The translations under genes and the position numbers were made by a program. A stretch of 64,000 nucleotides of DNA from Nitrospinaceae bacterium. GTDB lineage: Bacteria; Nitrospinota; Nitrospinia; Nitrospinales; JACRGP01. The notes under the pieces were generated by a model. That model saw only the letters and a list, made by a program, of their open reading frames with translations, had not been told where the DNA came from and made no database searches. The stretch covers positions 33,511 through 97,510 of the forward strand of contig JAJDBB010000095.1 in assembly GCA_029261555.1 (NCBI GenBank). Reading direction: 5' to 3'. Of the stretch, positions 7,527 through 16,842 are shown piece after piece. Positions within the stretch are counted from its first letter, which is position 1. Each line of letters begins with the position of its first letter.

Positions 7527-9635
7527 TTAAACCATGATATACAATAGGCCAGTCATCGCCACTAACCAAAATATCATTACTAATAATTGATGTTTGATGG
7601 TACGGGATTCCATCTCTTGCAGTAATTTCGCTTCCGCAACTTGTTCTGCTACTTGCCCCACTTTCCCCTCCAACCACCGAATATCAACAATTCGCCATAA
7701 CCGCCTGGCAAAATGCACAGAATAAGTCGCGATAGAATTGACGAAACGATCTATGCCTCTTATATCCATAATTTGCCACAACCATCTGGCAAAATATACA
7801 GAATAAGTTGCGAGAGAATGGATGAAATGATCTATAACCCTTATATCAATATTTCGCCACATCCAGTGTGCGAACCGAATGGTTGGGGTTACCAGATAGG
7901 CCTCATAGATTTCATCAAAGTACCCTTTATTCCAAAACAGGACATACCATTGATTGCTTCTCGCATTTGCTTTGGAGACCTGATGTTGAGATCGAATCTG
8001 TGTTGAGTAGGCATAGACCCATCCCGCCACTGCCATGCCAAGAGAAACCACAAGCCAGAAAGAAAAGCCCTGCTCGACTACACCTTCGCCCAACGTGACT
8101 CCTGGAAAGTTCAAAGCTGGAGCTAGAAAATTGGCGAACCAACTCCAAAACAGAGTCAATAGCCCACCTGTAAAAATCGTAGCCAGAAAAAGACCCGTTA
8201 AAATGGAGCCATTTAAAAGCTGTGGTCGAACAGATTGCGCCTCCATACTATTTTGACCTGAAGCGGGCCAGTACGTCTTTGGACCGTGAACAAAAAGTGA
8301 GGTGACGCCTTTAAAAAGATATTGGGAAGCCACAAATACCGTGATCAAACCAATGATTTTGAATCCGATCGCGGCAGAAGCAAACCCCGTGATCGCCCAC
8401 AAATATTCATACGATCCGGAAAACAGCACAAACGGCGGGAGTAACGCCAACACCAGGGCTCCGCCATATAAGATGCCCATGCCTTCAGGGACACGGTGTT
8501 CATGGTCACCATGCTGAAGGCCCTGTTCCACGGATCGCAACGCATTGCCGGTAGATAGAAAAAAGAACGCTTTGTAACACCCATGGGCTAGAAGATGGAA
8601 AATCGCAACTGCAAACGCACCTAAACCACAGGCCATAATCATGAACCCGATTTGACTGATTGTGGAATAGGCCAAAACCTTTTTGATGTCCGATTGAGTC
8701 AAGGAAACTATCCCAGCAAATACCGCGGTAGTGGCACCAATAATGAAAATGACTGTCATGGCGTACGGAGAAAGGACAATCAACGGACTCAATCGCACTA
8801 GCAAAAAAGGACCCGCATTCACCATAGTAGCCGCATGAATAAGCGCCGAGACCGGAGTCGGCGCTTCCATCGCCCCGGGTAACCACACGTGAAACGGTAT
8901 TTGTGCTGATTTTCCCATAGCCCCCATAAAGAGAAAGAAGGGGATGAGCGTCACAGGATAGATATCAAGATTCAAGCCCACCCACCCTAAAATATTGATG
9001 GTATGGTTCTGCATTCCTTCCGCCTGAGCAAGAATAGTCTGGATATCGAGTGTGCCAAAGGTGAAAAAGGTTAGAATGATGCCAAAACTGAATCCGACAT
9101 CCGCGATTGCTTTAACGATAAAAGCTTTAGTAGCTGCCCGGGAAGCTGAAGGTCGTTCTGCTGCGTGAGAAATTAACAGATAGGAACAGATCCCCATAAC
9201 TTCCCAACTAATCAACAACATTAAAAGGTTGCCACTCATGACCAACAAAATCATAGAAGATGTAAACAAGGCAATGACGGCGAAAAAACGATTGTAGCGT
9301 GACTCTCCTATCATGTAACGAGAGGAATACACATGCACAACCCCACTTACTCCTGTGACCAAGAGCAAAAGCAGAACCGTCAGTTGGTCAACAAACAGAG
9401 TAAAATCAATGGTCAAGGAACCCGATTGAAAGAGGCGATAAAGAGAAAGAGTAAAAGGTCCATTTCTCAACACTTCAATGAAAGCGGCAACTGATAACAC
9501 AAAGGAAACACCGATGGCAGGAATCCCAATCCGGTGACTGTTCTCACCCCAACGACGTCCTCCAAGCAGGAGAATGAGAGAAGCCAGGAGGGGAAGCAAA
9601 GGAATGAGGGCGAAAAGAGCCATAATTTCCCTCAA
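7527..9635 (-). CDS. dabB: DabB/NuoL(NdhF)-like membrane subunit of a DAB-type inorganic carbon transporter, with extended lateral helix
   Basis: WEVMG, GKSAQIPFHVWLP, AMEAPTPVSAL, DIKKVLAYST, DabB-like VNAG and AHGCYKA motifs, NuoL-like tail NKGYFDEIY. In the same operon as DUF2309. Confidence 0.8.
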   Translation of the reverse strand: MREIMALFALIPLLPLLASLILLLGGRRWGENSHRIGIPAIGVSFVLSVAAFIEVLRNGPFTLSLYRLFQSGSLTIDFTLFVDQLTVLLLLLVTGVSGVVHVYSSRYMIGESRYNRFFAVIALFTSSMILLVMSGNLLMLLISWEVMGICSYLLISHAAERPSASRAATKAFIVKAIADVGFSFGIILTFFTFGTLDIQTILAQAEGMQNHTINILGWVGLNLDIYPVTLIPFFLFMGAMGKSAQIPFHVWLPGAMEAPTPVSALIHAATMVNAGPFLLVRLSPLIVLSPYAMTVIFIIGATTAVFAGIVSLTQSDIKKVLAYSTISQIGFMIMACGLGAFAVAIFHLLAHGCYKAFFFLSTGNALRSVEQGLQHGDHEHRVPEGMGILYGGALVLALLPPFVLFSGSYEYLWAITGFASAAIGFKIIGLITVFVASQYLFKGVTSLFVHGPKTYWPASGQNSMEAQSVRPQLLNGSILTGLFLATIFTGGLLTLFWSWFANFLAPALNFPGVTLGEGVVEQGFSFWLVVSLGMAVAGWVYAYSTQIRSQHQVSKANARSNQWYVLFWNKGYFDEIYEAYLVTPTIRFAHWMWRNIDIRVIDHFIHSLATYSVYFARWLWQIMDIRGIDRFVNSIATYSVHFARRLWRIVDIRWLEGKVGQVAEQVAEAKLLQEMESRTIKHQLLVMIFWLVAMTGLLYIMV
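7681..7876 (-). repeat. 81-bp (27-aa) in-frame tandem repeat, about 2.4 copies
   Basis: On the + strand, ATATC...GCCA units start at 7681, 7762 and 7843. Protein units: FAHWMWRNIDIRVIDHFIHSLATYSVY / FARWLWQIMDIRGIDRFVNSIATYSVH / FARRLWRIVDIR. Confidence 0.9.
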
Positions 9636-11101
9636 AGACCGGGTGGCAGAGCATGGTTTAACAACAGTTGAACAATGGGAGCACTGAATAAACCAAGAAT
9701 TATAATAGCTGTGGACGTGACTCCCAAAGTCAGTTTAAATGAGAGGGGAATTTTACCAAACTGAACGTCCGGTTGAGTTGATGTTTGGCGAAAAATGCTT
9801 TCAAACAGTTTAACGAAATAGGCAAGCGTCAAGAGCGTGGAGAGAACCACCGCGGCTACCGAAATATAATCGCCCGCTTCTAACGCTCCAAGAATGATGT
9901 ACCATTTGCCAAAAAATCCACCCGTCGGAGGCAGGCCAATCATGCCTAAGGCTACAACAACTAAAGATCCAGTAAGCCAGGGAGCTTTTTTTCCAACACG
10001 CCCTAAGTCGTCAATTGTTCTGATCCCATACTGAAAAAACGCGAAGCCTGCTATATAAAACAAGGCGGCTTGCATAACGGCATCGTTCAATAAATAAAAA
10101 ACTCCTCCGACAAACCCAGTTTGGTTGCCTTGACCGATTCCAATAAGAATGATGCCGATGTGTGAAATCCCTCCATAGGCAAACATCATTTTAATATTCC
10201 GCTGGGCCAAGGCCAGACTTGCGCCTATGACCGCCGCTAATGTTCCAAGAACTGCCACCAGTAGCAAAATCGGAATGTCATAAATGGCAATTGACACATT
10301 TAAGACCCAAAAGACTATTCTGACCCACGCCAATAGCACAACTTTCGTGAGGAGTGGAGCCAGGATAGGGGAAATAGAATCAGGAGCATGGGTATAGGCC
10401 TCGGGCATCCAAGCATGAAACGGGACTAAGGCCATCTTGATCCCTAAGCCAATAAATATAAAAAGCAGTCCACCCACTACAGCTCTAGAGTTTAGTAAAA
10501 AGGGAAGCCTCTCGGCCAAATCAGCCATATTCAGTGTGCCAGTCACCGCATAGAGATAACTCACTCCTAAAAGATAAAAGGAAGCACCAAGGGTTCCCAA
10601 TATAAGATAGCGAAAGGCTGCAAACAGCGCTCTTCCGCCAGCGACACCCACAAGTGCGTAACTCGAGATAGCGGCAACTTCTAAAAACACGAACAGATTG
10701 AATAAATCCCCAGAGAAAACAATGCCGGTCAAGGCGGATATTAATAACAAAATTAATGTGTAATAATGAGCGAGTCGGCCACCTAGAGCCTTTGGGGACG
10801 TGGGTCCAGCAAACACCACACCCAACAAACCCAAGGCACTCAATAACACCATGATGACACTCGCTAATCCATCAGCTACCCATTCAATACCGAGGGGCGC
10901 AGTCCATCCGCTAAATACATACCGCACCTCTCCATGATGAATGACGTTATAGAGATTTAAAATAGAGACCAGCACCATCGCCGCGAGAATTGCCACAGAA
11001 ATCGGCAGGCTCCAATGACGGTGTTTTAGACAAACCACTGGCATGGAAATAGCGGCAAACAATGGGAGAAGGAATAGGATTGCGGGAAGTTGGTGGCTCA
11101 T
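9632..11101 (-). CDS. mrpD: Mrp/Mnh Na+/H+ antiporter subunit D
   Basis: GWTAPLGIEWVAD, GDLFNLFVFLEV, LGIKMALVPFHAW, GLPPTGGFFGKW. Overlaps both neighbours by 4 bp. Confidence 0.9.
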   Translation of the reverse strand: MSHQLPAILFLLPLFAAISMPVVCLKHRHWSLPISVAILAAMVLVSILNLYNVIHHGEVRYVFSGWTAPLGIEWVADGLASVIMVLLSALGLLGVVFAGPTSPKALGGRLAHYYTLILLLISALTGIVFSGDLFNLFVFLEVAAISSYALVGVAGGRALFAAFRYLILGTLGASFYLLGVSYLYAVTGTLNMADLAERLPFLLNSRAVVGGLLFIFIGLGIKMALVPFHAWMPEAYTHAPDSISPILAPLLTKVVLLAWVRIVFWVLNVSIAIYDIPILLLVAVLGTLAAVIGASLALAQRNIKMMFAYGGISHIGIILIGIGQGNQTGFVGGVFYLLNDAVMQAALFYIAGFAFFQYGIRTIDDLGRVGKKAPWLTGSLVVVALGMIGLPPTGGFFGKWYIILGALEAGDYISVAAVVLSTLLTLAYFVKLFESIFRQTSTQPDVQFGKIPLSFKLTLGVTSTAIIILGLFSAPIVQLLLNHALPPGL

Positions 11102-11475
11102 TCCAATTTTTCAAGAATTTTTTGTTCGTCAAGGCTTCCATACTCTCGATAGATCGCCCCGCACAGGGCTAATCCCACGCCGAGGGTCGCCACGCCAACT
11201 ACAATAGCTGTTAGCGTCAAGACATGAGGTAACGGATTCGCATAGCTGGCCGCTTGCACCGGCTCCGTGGTTGACAAGAGCACGGGAACCGTCGCGCCCT
11301 TCTTCACACTAATAGACACCAGGAAAAAAATCACACTGGTTTGCACCAAATACATCCCGATGAGTTTCTTTACGAGATTGTATCGCGTAACCATGATATA
11401 AAAGCCCCACAGAAAAATGATGACAAATGTCAAAAAATTGGGTCGCTGAAAAACTGCAGAAAATGCATCAACCAT
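11098..11475 (-). CDS. mrpC: Mrp antiporter subunit C
   Basis: NLVKKLIG and NPLPHVLTLTAIVVG signature. Confidence 0.92.
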   Translation of the reverse strand: MVDAFSAVFQRPNFLTFVIIFLWGFYIMVTRYNLVKKLIGMYLVQTSVIFFLVSISVKKGATVPVLLSTTEPVQAASYANPLPHVLTLTAIVVGVATLGVGLALCGAIYREYGSLDEQKILEKLE

Positions 11476-11920
11476 TTATTGAATCCTCGATAATCTCTTC
11501 AGCAGACAAGCTGAACACGATAGAAACGGCTGTTACCGCAACATCGACAGCCACACCGATTTGCGTGAGTACGATTCCCAAAGATCTTCGAGAAGCAGTT
11601 TCTAAGCCTGGAATTTCCAAATTCGCATAATTGAGGAACTCTCCACCCCCAATCATACACAAGCCACCTACCCCCGCGAAGATCAGCATCCCGACGCCGT
11701 CAGCATGTAAAACCTTTTTGGCAATTTGACTCCGGGTATTGTCATGACCAAAAATCAAAACCGATAAGATCATCCCCATGCCTAGAATCACCCCACCCAC
11801 AAATCCTCCCCCTGGTCCGTATTGCCCAAAAAACAATACATGTAAACCGAAAATTTGGACCACCGGGATGAGAAAGCGCCCCAAGGTCTGTACGATAATG
11901 CTGTCGTGTGGGCGTATCAT
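11468..11920 (-). CDS. mrpB: Mrp antiporter subunit B
   Basis: GQYGPGGGFVGG signature, about 4 TM segments. Confidence 0.9.
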   Translation of the reverse strand: MIRPHDSIIVQTLGRFLIPVVQIFGLHVLFFGQYGPGGGFVGGVILGMGMILSVLIFGHDNTRSQIAKKVLHADGVGMLIFAGVGGLCMIGGGEFLNYANLEIPGLETASRRSLGIVLTQIGVAVDVAVTAVSIVFSLSAEEIIEDSING

Positions 11921-12447
11921 TATACCTGTCTCCTAAGCAGTAAAGCACAAGCAATGCCGGACGCAAAAATCACCACGGTTTCGATCATCGTATCAAGCGA
12001 TCGATAGTCCATCAGTACCGCAGTCACAACATTCGGAGTGTTGGTATCCTGATAGCTCTGCTCGAGATAGGTCGGCGAAATATGAACACTCGCTGGAGAA
12101 TTGGGGTCTCCAAATGCAGGAAGATCCTTCGCGGCATAGAGCAGAAGAACTCCCAGGAGAGGGAAAATAATTAACGTTGTCAGAGAAGGAGGCGGGCGCC
12201 GAAGCCGAGTGTCTTTGGGGGCAGTACCGAACAGAGTTAATAGAAACAGAACAGTAGCTAATCCTGCTCCTACGACGGCTTCAACGAAGGCGACGTCCAC
12301 AGCCCCAATCCATGCCCATACCAACGCCAGGAAAAAACTATAAGAGCCCAAGAGCAGAACGGAACTCATCAAATCCTTAACCATGATGGCTCCGGCGGCA
12401 GTAGTAAGCAGAAGAAGGAGTAAAAGAATTTGAACTGAAAAGGTCAT
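11920..12447 (-). CDS. MrpA C-terminal (DUF4040) / MrpB N-terminal-type subunit (split MrpA)
   Basis: AVDVAFVEAVVGAG and TPNVVTAVLMDYRSLDTMIE motifs. Confidence 0.88.
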   Translation of the reverse strand: MTFSVQILLLLLLLTTAAGAIMVKDLMSSVLLLGSYSFFLALVWAWIGAVDVAFVEAVVGAGLATVLFLLTLFGTAPKDTRLRRPPPSLTTLIIFPLLGVLLLYAAKDLPAFGDPNSPASVHISPTYLEQSYQDTNTPNVVTAVLMDYRSLDTMIETVVIFASGIACALLLRRQV

Positions 12448-12743
12448 GAGTTTTCCTTTTTCCAGGGTTTTAAACCAGACCGGAGAGCTGCGCGAACCGT
12501 GGCATGGGTAATGCCTGGATTTAGAATATATAGCAAGGCCAACACCACTAGAATTTTCAGCATATTAGTCCCCAGTCCTTCATGCCAGGCGATTCCAATT
12601 AACATCAAAAAGGCCCCTAAGGAGTCTGTCAATGATACGGCATGAGAACGACTAAACACATCGGGCAATCGTATCACTCCAATCGCGGCAACAATCAGAA
12701 AAAATAATCCCGCTACTATAAAAATAATGGAAAGTATGTCCAT
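12444..12743 (-). CDS. mrpG: Mrp antiporter subunit G
   Basis: IGVIRLPDVFSRSHA...DSLG...NPGITH. Likely start is the ATG at 12743. Confidence 0.92.
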   Translation of the reverse strand: MDILSIIFIVAGLFFLIVAAIGVIRLPDVFSRSHAVSLTDSLGAFLMLIGIAWHEGLGTNMLKILVVLALLYILNPGITHATVRAALRSGLKPWKKENS

Positions 12744-12744
12744 G

Positions 12745-13011
12745 CTACGAATGTCCCTTTTCTTCCAAATACTTGGCCACTGCAAGCGCTCCGACTAAAT
12801 TTAGCAGGGCATACCCAGTCGAAATATCAACAAACATATCGACTCGTTCAAAATAAACTCCAATGACAATAAGCAAAATAATGGCCTTGGTGGAAATGCC
12901 ATTGAGCCCCAACACACGATCAAAAACTGTGGGACCGCGCAGGACACGGTACAGATACGCACCAATGAGAATAGCCAGCAACACTAAAACGCAGAAAAGA
13001 AAAATTTTCAT
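12745..13011 (-). CDS. mrpF: Mrp antiporter subunit F
   Basis: YRVLRGPTVFDR signature. Confidence 0.92.
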   Translation of the reverse strand: MKIFLFCVLVLLAILIGAYLYRVLRGPTVFDRVLGLNGISTKAIILLIVIGVYFERVDMFVDISTGYALLNLVGALAVAKYLEEKGHS

Positions 13012-13514
13012 AAATCCGGCTCTTCGTCCTTAAAAATATCTGCAATTTTCGATTCAATCTGCTTACTAGTAATATCTTCGGCTAAAGTTTTATCCATCGC
13101 GTGAATAATGAGTTTATTACGGTCAACCTCTGCGGTAATTGTTCCAGGTGTTAACGTAATGGAATTACCGAGAAGAACAACGGCTGCGTGGTGACGCAGT
13201 TTTGTTTCTACAGAAATCAACTGAGGAGCAATGGGAAGCGCAGGATGCAAAATAAGCTTGGTCAATTGAAGGCTACTTTGAACGATTTTATAAAAAAGCC
13301 ATGGAAGGTAAAGCAGGATTCTGAGCCACAAACGAAATTTTGGAACAAAAGGTGAATGACCAGAGTTGATCCAAGCCACGGCGAAAGAACAAATAAACCC
13401 CAAACCAAGATGAATCCATGCAAAGCTGGCAGACAACAAAACCCAAACCACAAACAGCGCCATGGCTTTTAAAAACAGGAATTCGGATGATATGGGTCTA
13501 GTTCGAGTTGCCAT
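13008..13514 (-). CDS. mrpE: Mrp antiporter subunit E
   Basis: LLGNSITLTPGTIT signature. Confidence 0.92.
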   Translation of the reverse strand: MATRTRPISSEFLFLKAMALFVVWVLLSASFAWIHLGLGFICSFAVAWINSGHSPFVPKFRLWLRILLYLPWLFYKIVQSSLQLTKLILHPALPIAPQLISVETKLRHHAAVVLLGNSITLTPGTITAEVDRNKLIIHAMDKTLAEDITSKQIESKIADIFKDEEPDL

Positions 13515-13691
13515 AAAATTATCAGATACGGGTTTGACTGCACAGTATCAGTGTCATATGATTTTCCCTAAAAAACCAGCCCGGGACTTATAACGAACAT
13601 CTGTATTCTTATAACAGTCGGTACCTATCTTCAATATTTATCTAAATAGAGCTCATGATATATATCTAATTTTCGAACAAGATATATCTAA

Positions 13692-16600
13692 TTAACTAAC
13701 ATGAACCGGTTCCCACGTCGCATTGGGATTGTACCGATGAAACTCAAAGTTATGGGGATTCAAGGCAATAAGGTTAAGCCATTGATTATGAAATAATTGT
13801 TGAAGGATCGAGTGTTTTTGAATGATAGATGTGATTACGCTCGGCGTCTGTTCGATGACAGCTAACAGTCGCATCGGTTCATGATAGTGAGCGTTCCCGT
13901 CATTGACTGTTTGTAAGGGGAGTCCCATTAGCAAATCACTTTGGGTTCCCAGCATCATCCCAACACCCCCAACGACATTGTGTAACACTTTACTCCCACT
14001 TCCATACGACCATGGATCAACGGCAGGAAAATAATAACCCATGCTAATCCACTCGCCGACTATTAATGGCGCGGTCATAATTTTTTCAAGGATGGCACCT
14101 TCAGGATCAGCAATAGGATCATAAGAATGCAAGAAAACCCGACCGCCTAAATCTAATCCTTTGGTCAGGTTTCGTCTTCCAATGAGAAACGCTCCATTGC
14201 CGGCCAATCCCCATTCCGGGCGAGTATTCGCCCAATCGCAACTGCGTTCGTCCACATGAGCAAATGCCTGCTGTGGAGAAATTTTAGTCGGCGCTTTAGG
14301 AATGTGATGGCATCGCTCAAGAGCCTGCTTGGCGCCAGCTTCTTCGAGATCCTTGTTCAACGATTGCAAATCTTCTTTATGCGAATCTGGCAATTCCTCT
14401 AGATCGTAAAACTCGACCCGATCAGTCGTCGTGTTATGTTTCCCCGGAAGAAACCAGGCGTCATCGGGAATCGGCAATCCTTTTTCCTTGAGAATGCGAC
14501 GAACATCAGGTTCATTCGCCATCGCGGCAAAAACGCGCGCATTGGCGTCGCCCGGCGCTCCCCCGCAAGCCCCGCAATCCAACGCCCCATAATAGGGATT
14601 GTTGTCCGTCTCACTTCCATGGCCACAGAGACACACCAACCGCGCAAAATTTTTGGTAAGCCCCATTCCACGCAAACCATTTTCGACAAATGTCGCCCGT
14701 TCCGAAAGAGAAAATCCCCGAGAAAGCCCGTCAGGAATTCCTTCCGCATTCACTTCTCCGATCCTGGGATTCTGAGGATCAGATGGCGTGGAAATTGAGA
14801 TCTGGGTTGGAACCCTATGCGTCAACCAACTCTGGATGGTAGAGGTCACTGCACGAAATGGTTTTTGGAGCAAGGTCTTGCCCACCAACCCCAGACTAAA
14901 AAACAACCCCAAGACGTCAATCACCATCATCGACCCAATCGGATGATGCTTCAGGTCGTGAAAAAGATGCCCCCCCAGTAGGCGCCAGCGACTACCGGAA
15001 GAATATTTTTCTAACGCCGCTCCTTCTCCAGACCGAGGTGTTTCCGTCACCGCATGGTTAGGAGTCAATAGCACCGGACATAAAATGGCACGTTGATTAT
15101 TATCAAAAGCTTGATGGCTAATGGGAATGCCAAAAAAACCTGCAAACCCAAACGTTTCATAGGGACCTTGGGCTTCAAGATGGCGACGAAATGATTCAGA
15201 ACGTACGTCGATACAAAAGACGAGTTGTGCCTGGGGACGCGTTTCCAATTCCGGTACCGTTCCGCGATGCGCTGAAATATTTCTCAGAATCTTCTCTCGA
15301 AAGGAATCTTCGTACGCCTCAATCCATACCCGTCCATGTTGATCGGCAGGAGAGTGCTCTATCCATTGCAACAACATCTGGGCGTCAGTAAGCGAGAGAT
15401 CGTGAACTTCTCTTGGAGATAACTCAAGAAACTGTGCCAAATGGAATAATCGCCAAACATGTCGGCATGTCATCTGTTTGGTTGGATCCCCAGATTGTCC
15501 TCCATGCCCCATTCGTTGGCGGTATTCCTCGGGTCGATCATTCCAATATGCAGTCAAGGTAGAAACCGTCCCGTCAATGCCCCATTCTTGTTGGCACTTG
15601 ATGTTGGTCAACTCCACTTCATAGAATAGACGCACGGCCAGATATTGCGTGGTGTCAATGGGATGTTTGTGTTGCGCATGGTATGTTGGGTGTTCCCCAA
15701 GCCACCGTATATATCGCGTCCAGCCTGGTAATAATGATAGTTGCCTTGAGAGGTAATCTTCCCATTGTTCTTGGGGAATTTCGAGTTGGTCCAAGCTGGA
15801 ATGGATCGCGTCCTCTGGATCTGCAGGAAGGCTATGAACTTTTTGGGCGAAATCTGTAACCCCGAGAAGCTGCCCCGAAAAATCTTTTTGCGCCAGGTTC
15901 CGCCATACTTGGTAGAAACCTTCTTCTCGGCCAGGCATTTCCCAGCCGGCTAATCCTTCATCTAGAAACGCCGTCACCCATTTGATGAGTTGATTATTGA
16001 TTTGTTCAACCACCTCACCCTCAGTCAAATTATCAACCCAATCGCTGATGGTCCGTTGAGGCGATAAGGAAATGGGCGCTGACGTTTGCGAATGCGAATC
16101 CTCGGAACTTTGAGATGTAGCTTGAAAATCAGATGGCACGAATGTGGCTAACACACTCTTCCACAAATTCGTCAGATAGGCCTCTTCTGGATACTCCCGA
16201 TTCTGCTCATATTCCTTGATGGTTTGTTCAATAATTCGTTTCTGGGATTCCTCGGAAAGATCTTGCCGAAACCGCTTTGTAGCTCCACCACCGCTTAACT
16301 CCCATTCCAAGAGGGATAGTGGCAATTCCTCGAGGCCAAAAAGTACGTGTAATTGCCAAACATCTTTGGCGGTAACTCTTCGACTTCCAATTTCAATAGA
16401 ACCTTGTTCATCTAGGCGAGGCCCAACTCTGGAAAAAGCACGCTCAAAACTTTCTTTGGTAATACGACCATTTCGGTAAAATTGACGATACTCCTCATTT
16501 GGGAGATACCCATTTCCACCAAGGAGGTCCTTGCCTTTTCGAACAGCCTGATCAAACGGCAGATATTCCAATCCATGAATAGGATTTTGCGCGACCATGG

Positions 16601-16715
16601 TCCGCATGGGCCAAAATGGCGCAATGGGTTCACTGGCGTTCAATACAATTTGCCGAACCTGATCGCGATCTTCTGAGGAAAGGGACTTCACTGAAATAGG
16701 ACTCATATTGAGCAA
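13692..16715 (-). CDS. dabA: DabA/MpsB (DUF2309, UPF0753) beta-carbonic-anhydrase-like subunit of an inorganic carbon transporter
   Basis: IAPFWPM...AQNP, Zn ligands in FCIDVRSE, GHGS and LDCGACGG, HNTTTD, RPEWGLAGN, FLHSYD, YGSGSKVLHNVVG, HEPMRL. Confidence 0.95.
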   Translation of the reverse strand: MLNMSPISVKSLSSEDRDQVRQIVLNASEPIAPFWPMRTMVAQNPIHGLEYLPFDQAVRKGKDLLGGNGYLPNEEYRQFYRNGRITKESFERAFSRVGPRLDEQGSIEIGSRRVTAKDVWQLHVLFGLEELPLSLLEWELSGGGATKRFRQDLSEESQKRIIEQTIKEYEQNREYPEEAYLTNLWKSVLATFVPSDFQATSQSSEDSHSQTSAPISLSPQRTISDWVDNLTEGEVVEQINNQLIKWVTAFLDEGLAGWEMPGREEGFYQVWRNLAQKDFSGQLLGVTDFAQKVHSLPADPEDAIHSSLDQLEIPQEQWEDYLSRQLSLLPGWTRYIRWLGEHPTYHAQHKHPIDTTQYLAVRLFYEVELTNIKCQQEWGIDGTVSTLTAYWNDRPEEYRQRMGHGGQSGDPTKQMTCRHVWRLFHLAQFLELSPREVHDLSLTDAQMLLQWIEHSPADQHGRVWIEAYEDSFREKILRNISAHRGTVPELETRPQAQLVFCIDVRSESFRRHLEAQGPYETFGFAGFFGIPISHQAFDNNQRAILCPVLLTPNHAVTETPRSGEGAALEKYSSGSRWRLLGGHLFHDLKHHPIGSMMVIDVLGLFFSLGLVGKTLLQKPFRAVTSTIQSWLTHRVPTQISISTPSDPQNPRIGEVNAEGIPDGLSRGFSLSERATFVENGLRGMGLTKNFARLVCLCGHGSETDNNPYYGALDCGACGGAPGDANARVFAAMANEPDVRRILKEKGLPIPDDAWFLPGKHNTTTDRVEFYDLEELPDSHKEDLQSLNKDLEEAGAKQALERCHHIPKAPTKISPQQAFAHVDERSCDWANTRPEWGLAGNGAFLIGRRNLTKGLDLGGRVFLHSYDPIADPEGAILEKIMTAPLIVGEWISMGYYFPAVDPWSYGSGSKVLHNVVGGVGMMLGTQSDLLMGLPLQTVNDGNAHYHEPMRLLAVIEQTPSVITSIIQKHSILQQLFHNQWLNLIALNPHNFEFHRYNPNATWEPVHVS

Positions 16716-16735
16716 CTTATTCCTGTCTCAGACAT

Positions 16736-16842
16736 AAAAAAGGCCAACCGCTTCTCCCCATCTCCAAGGAAATGGTTTGTAACATGGTTGGCTTGTGTTG
16801 CGGATGACTTCACAAACTGAATGCGTCAAACACCCCACAGCC
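16736..16842 (-). ncRNA. Candidate cis-regulatory leader RNA (riboswitch/attenuator) upstream of dabA
   Basis: Terminator-like stem GCCAACC/GGUUGGC followed by a U6 tract, about 20 nt before the start codon. Its 5' strand overlaps a competing helix GGCU-GUG/CAC-A-AGCC. Confidence 0.6.

Noticed and set aside
7681-7876. Periodic repeat as a possible CRISPR array
   Set aside because: In-frame 81-bp coding repeat with no unique spacers and no cas genes.
5896-13514. Annotation as respiratory complex I or a membrane-bound hydrogenase
   Set aside because: No NuoA-K, Fe-S or NiFe subunits are present. The only soluble partner in the operon is DUF2309.
13521-13570. Tiny ORF (MTLILCSQTRI) with an RBS-like sequence ahead of mrpE
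   Set aside because: Too short to support. It could be chance or an eroded N-terminal extension.
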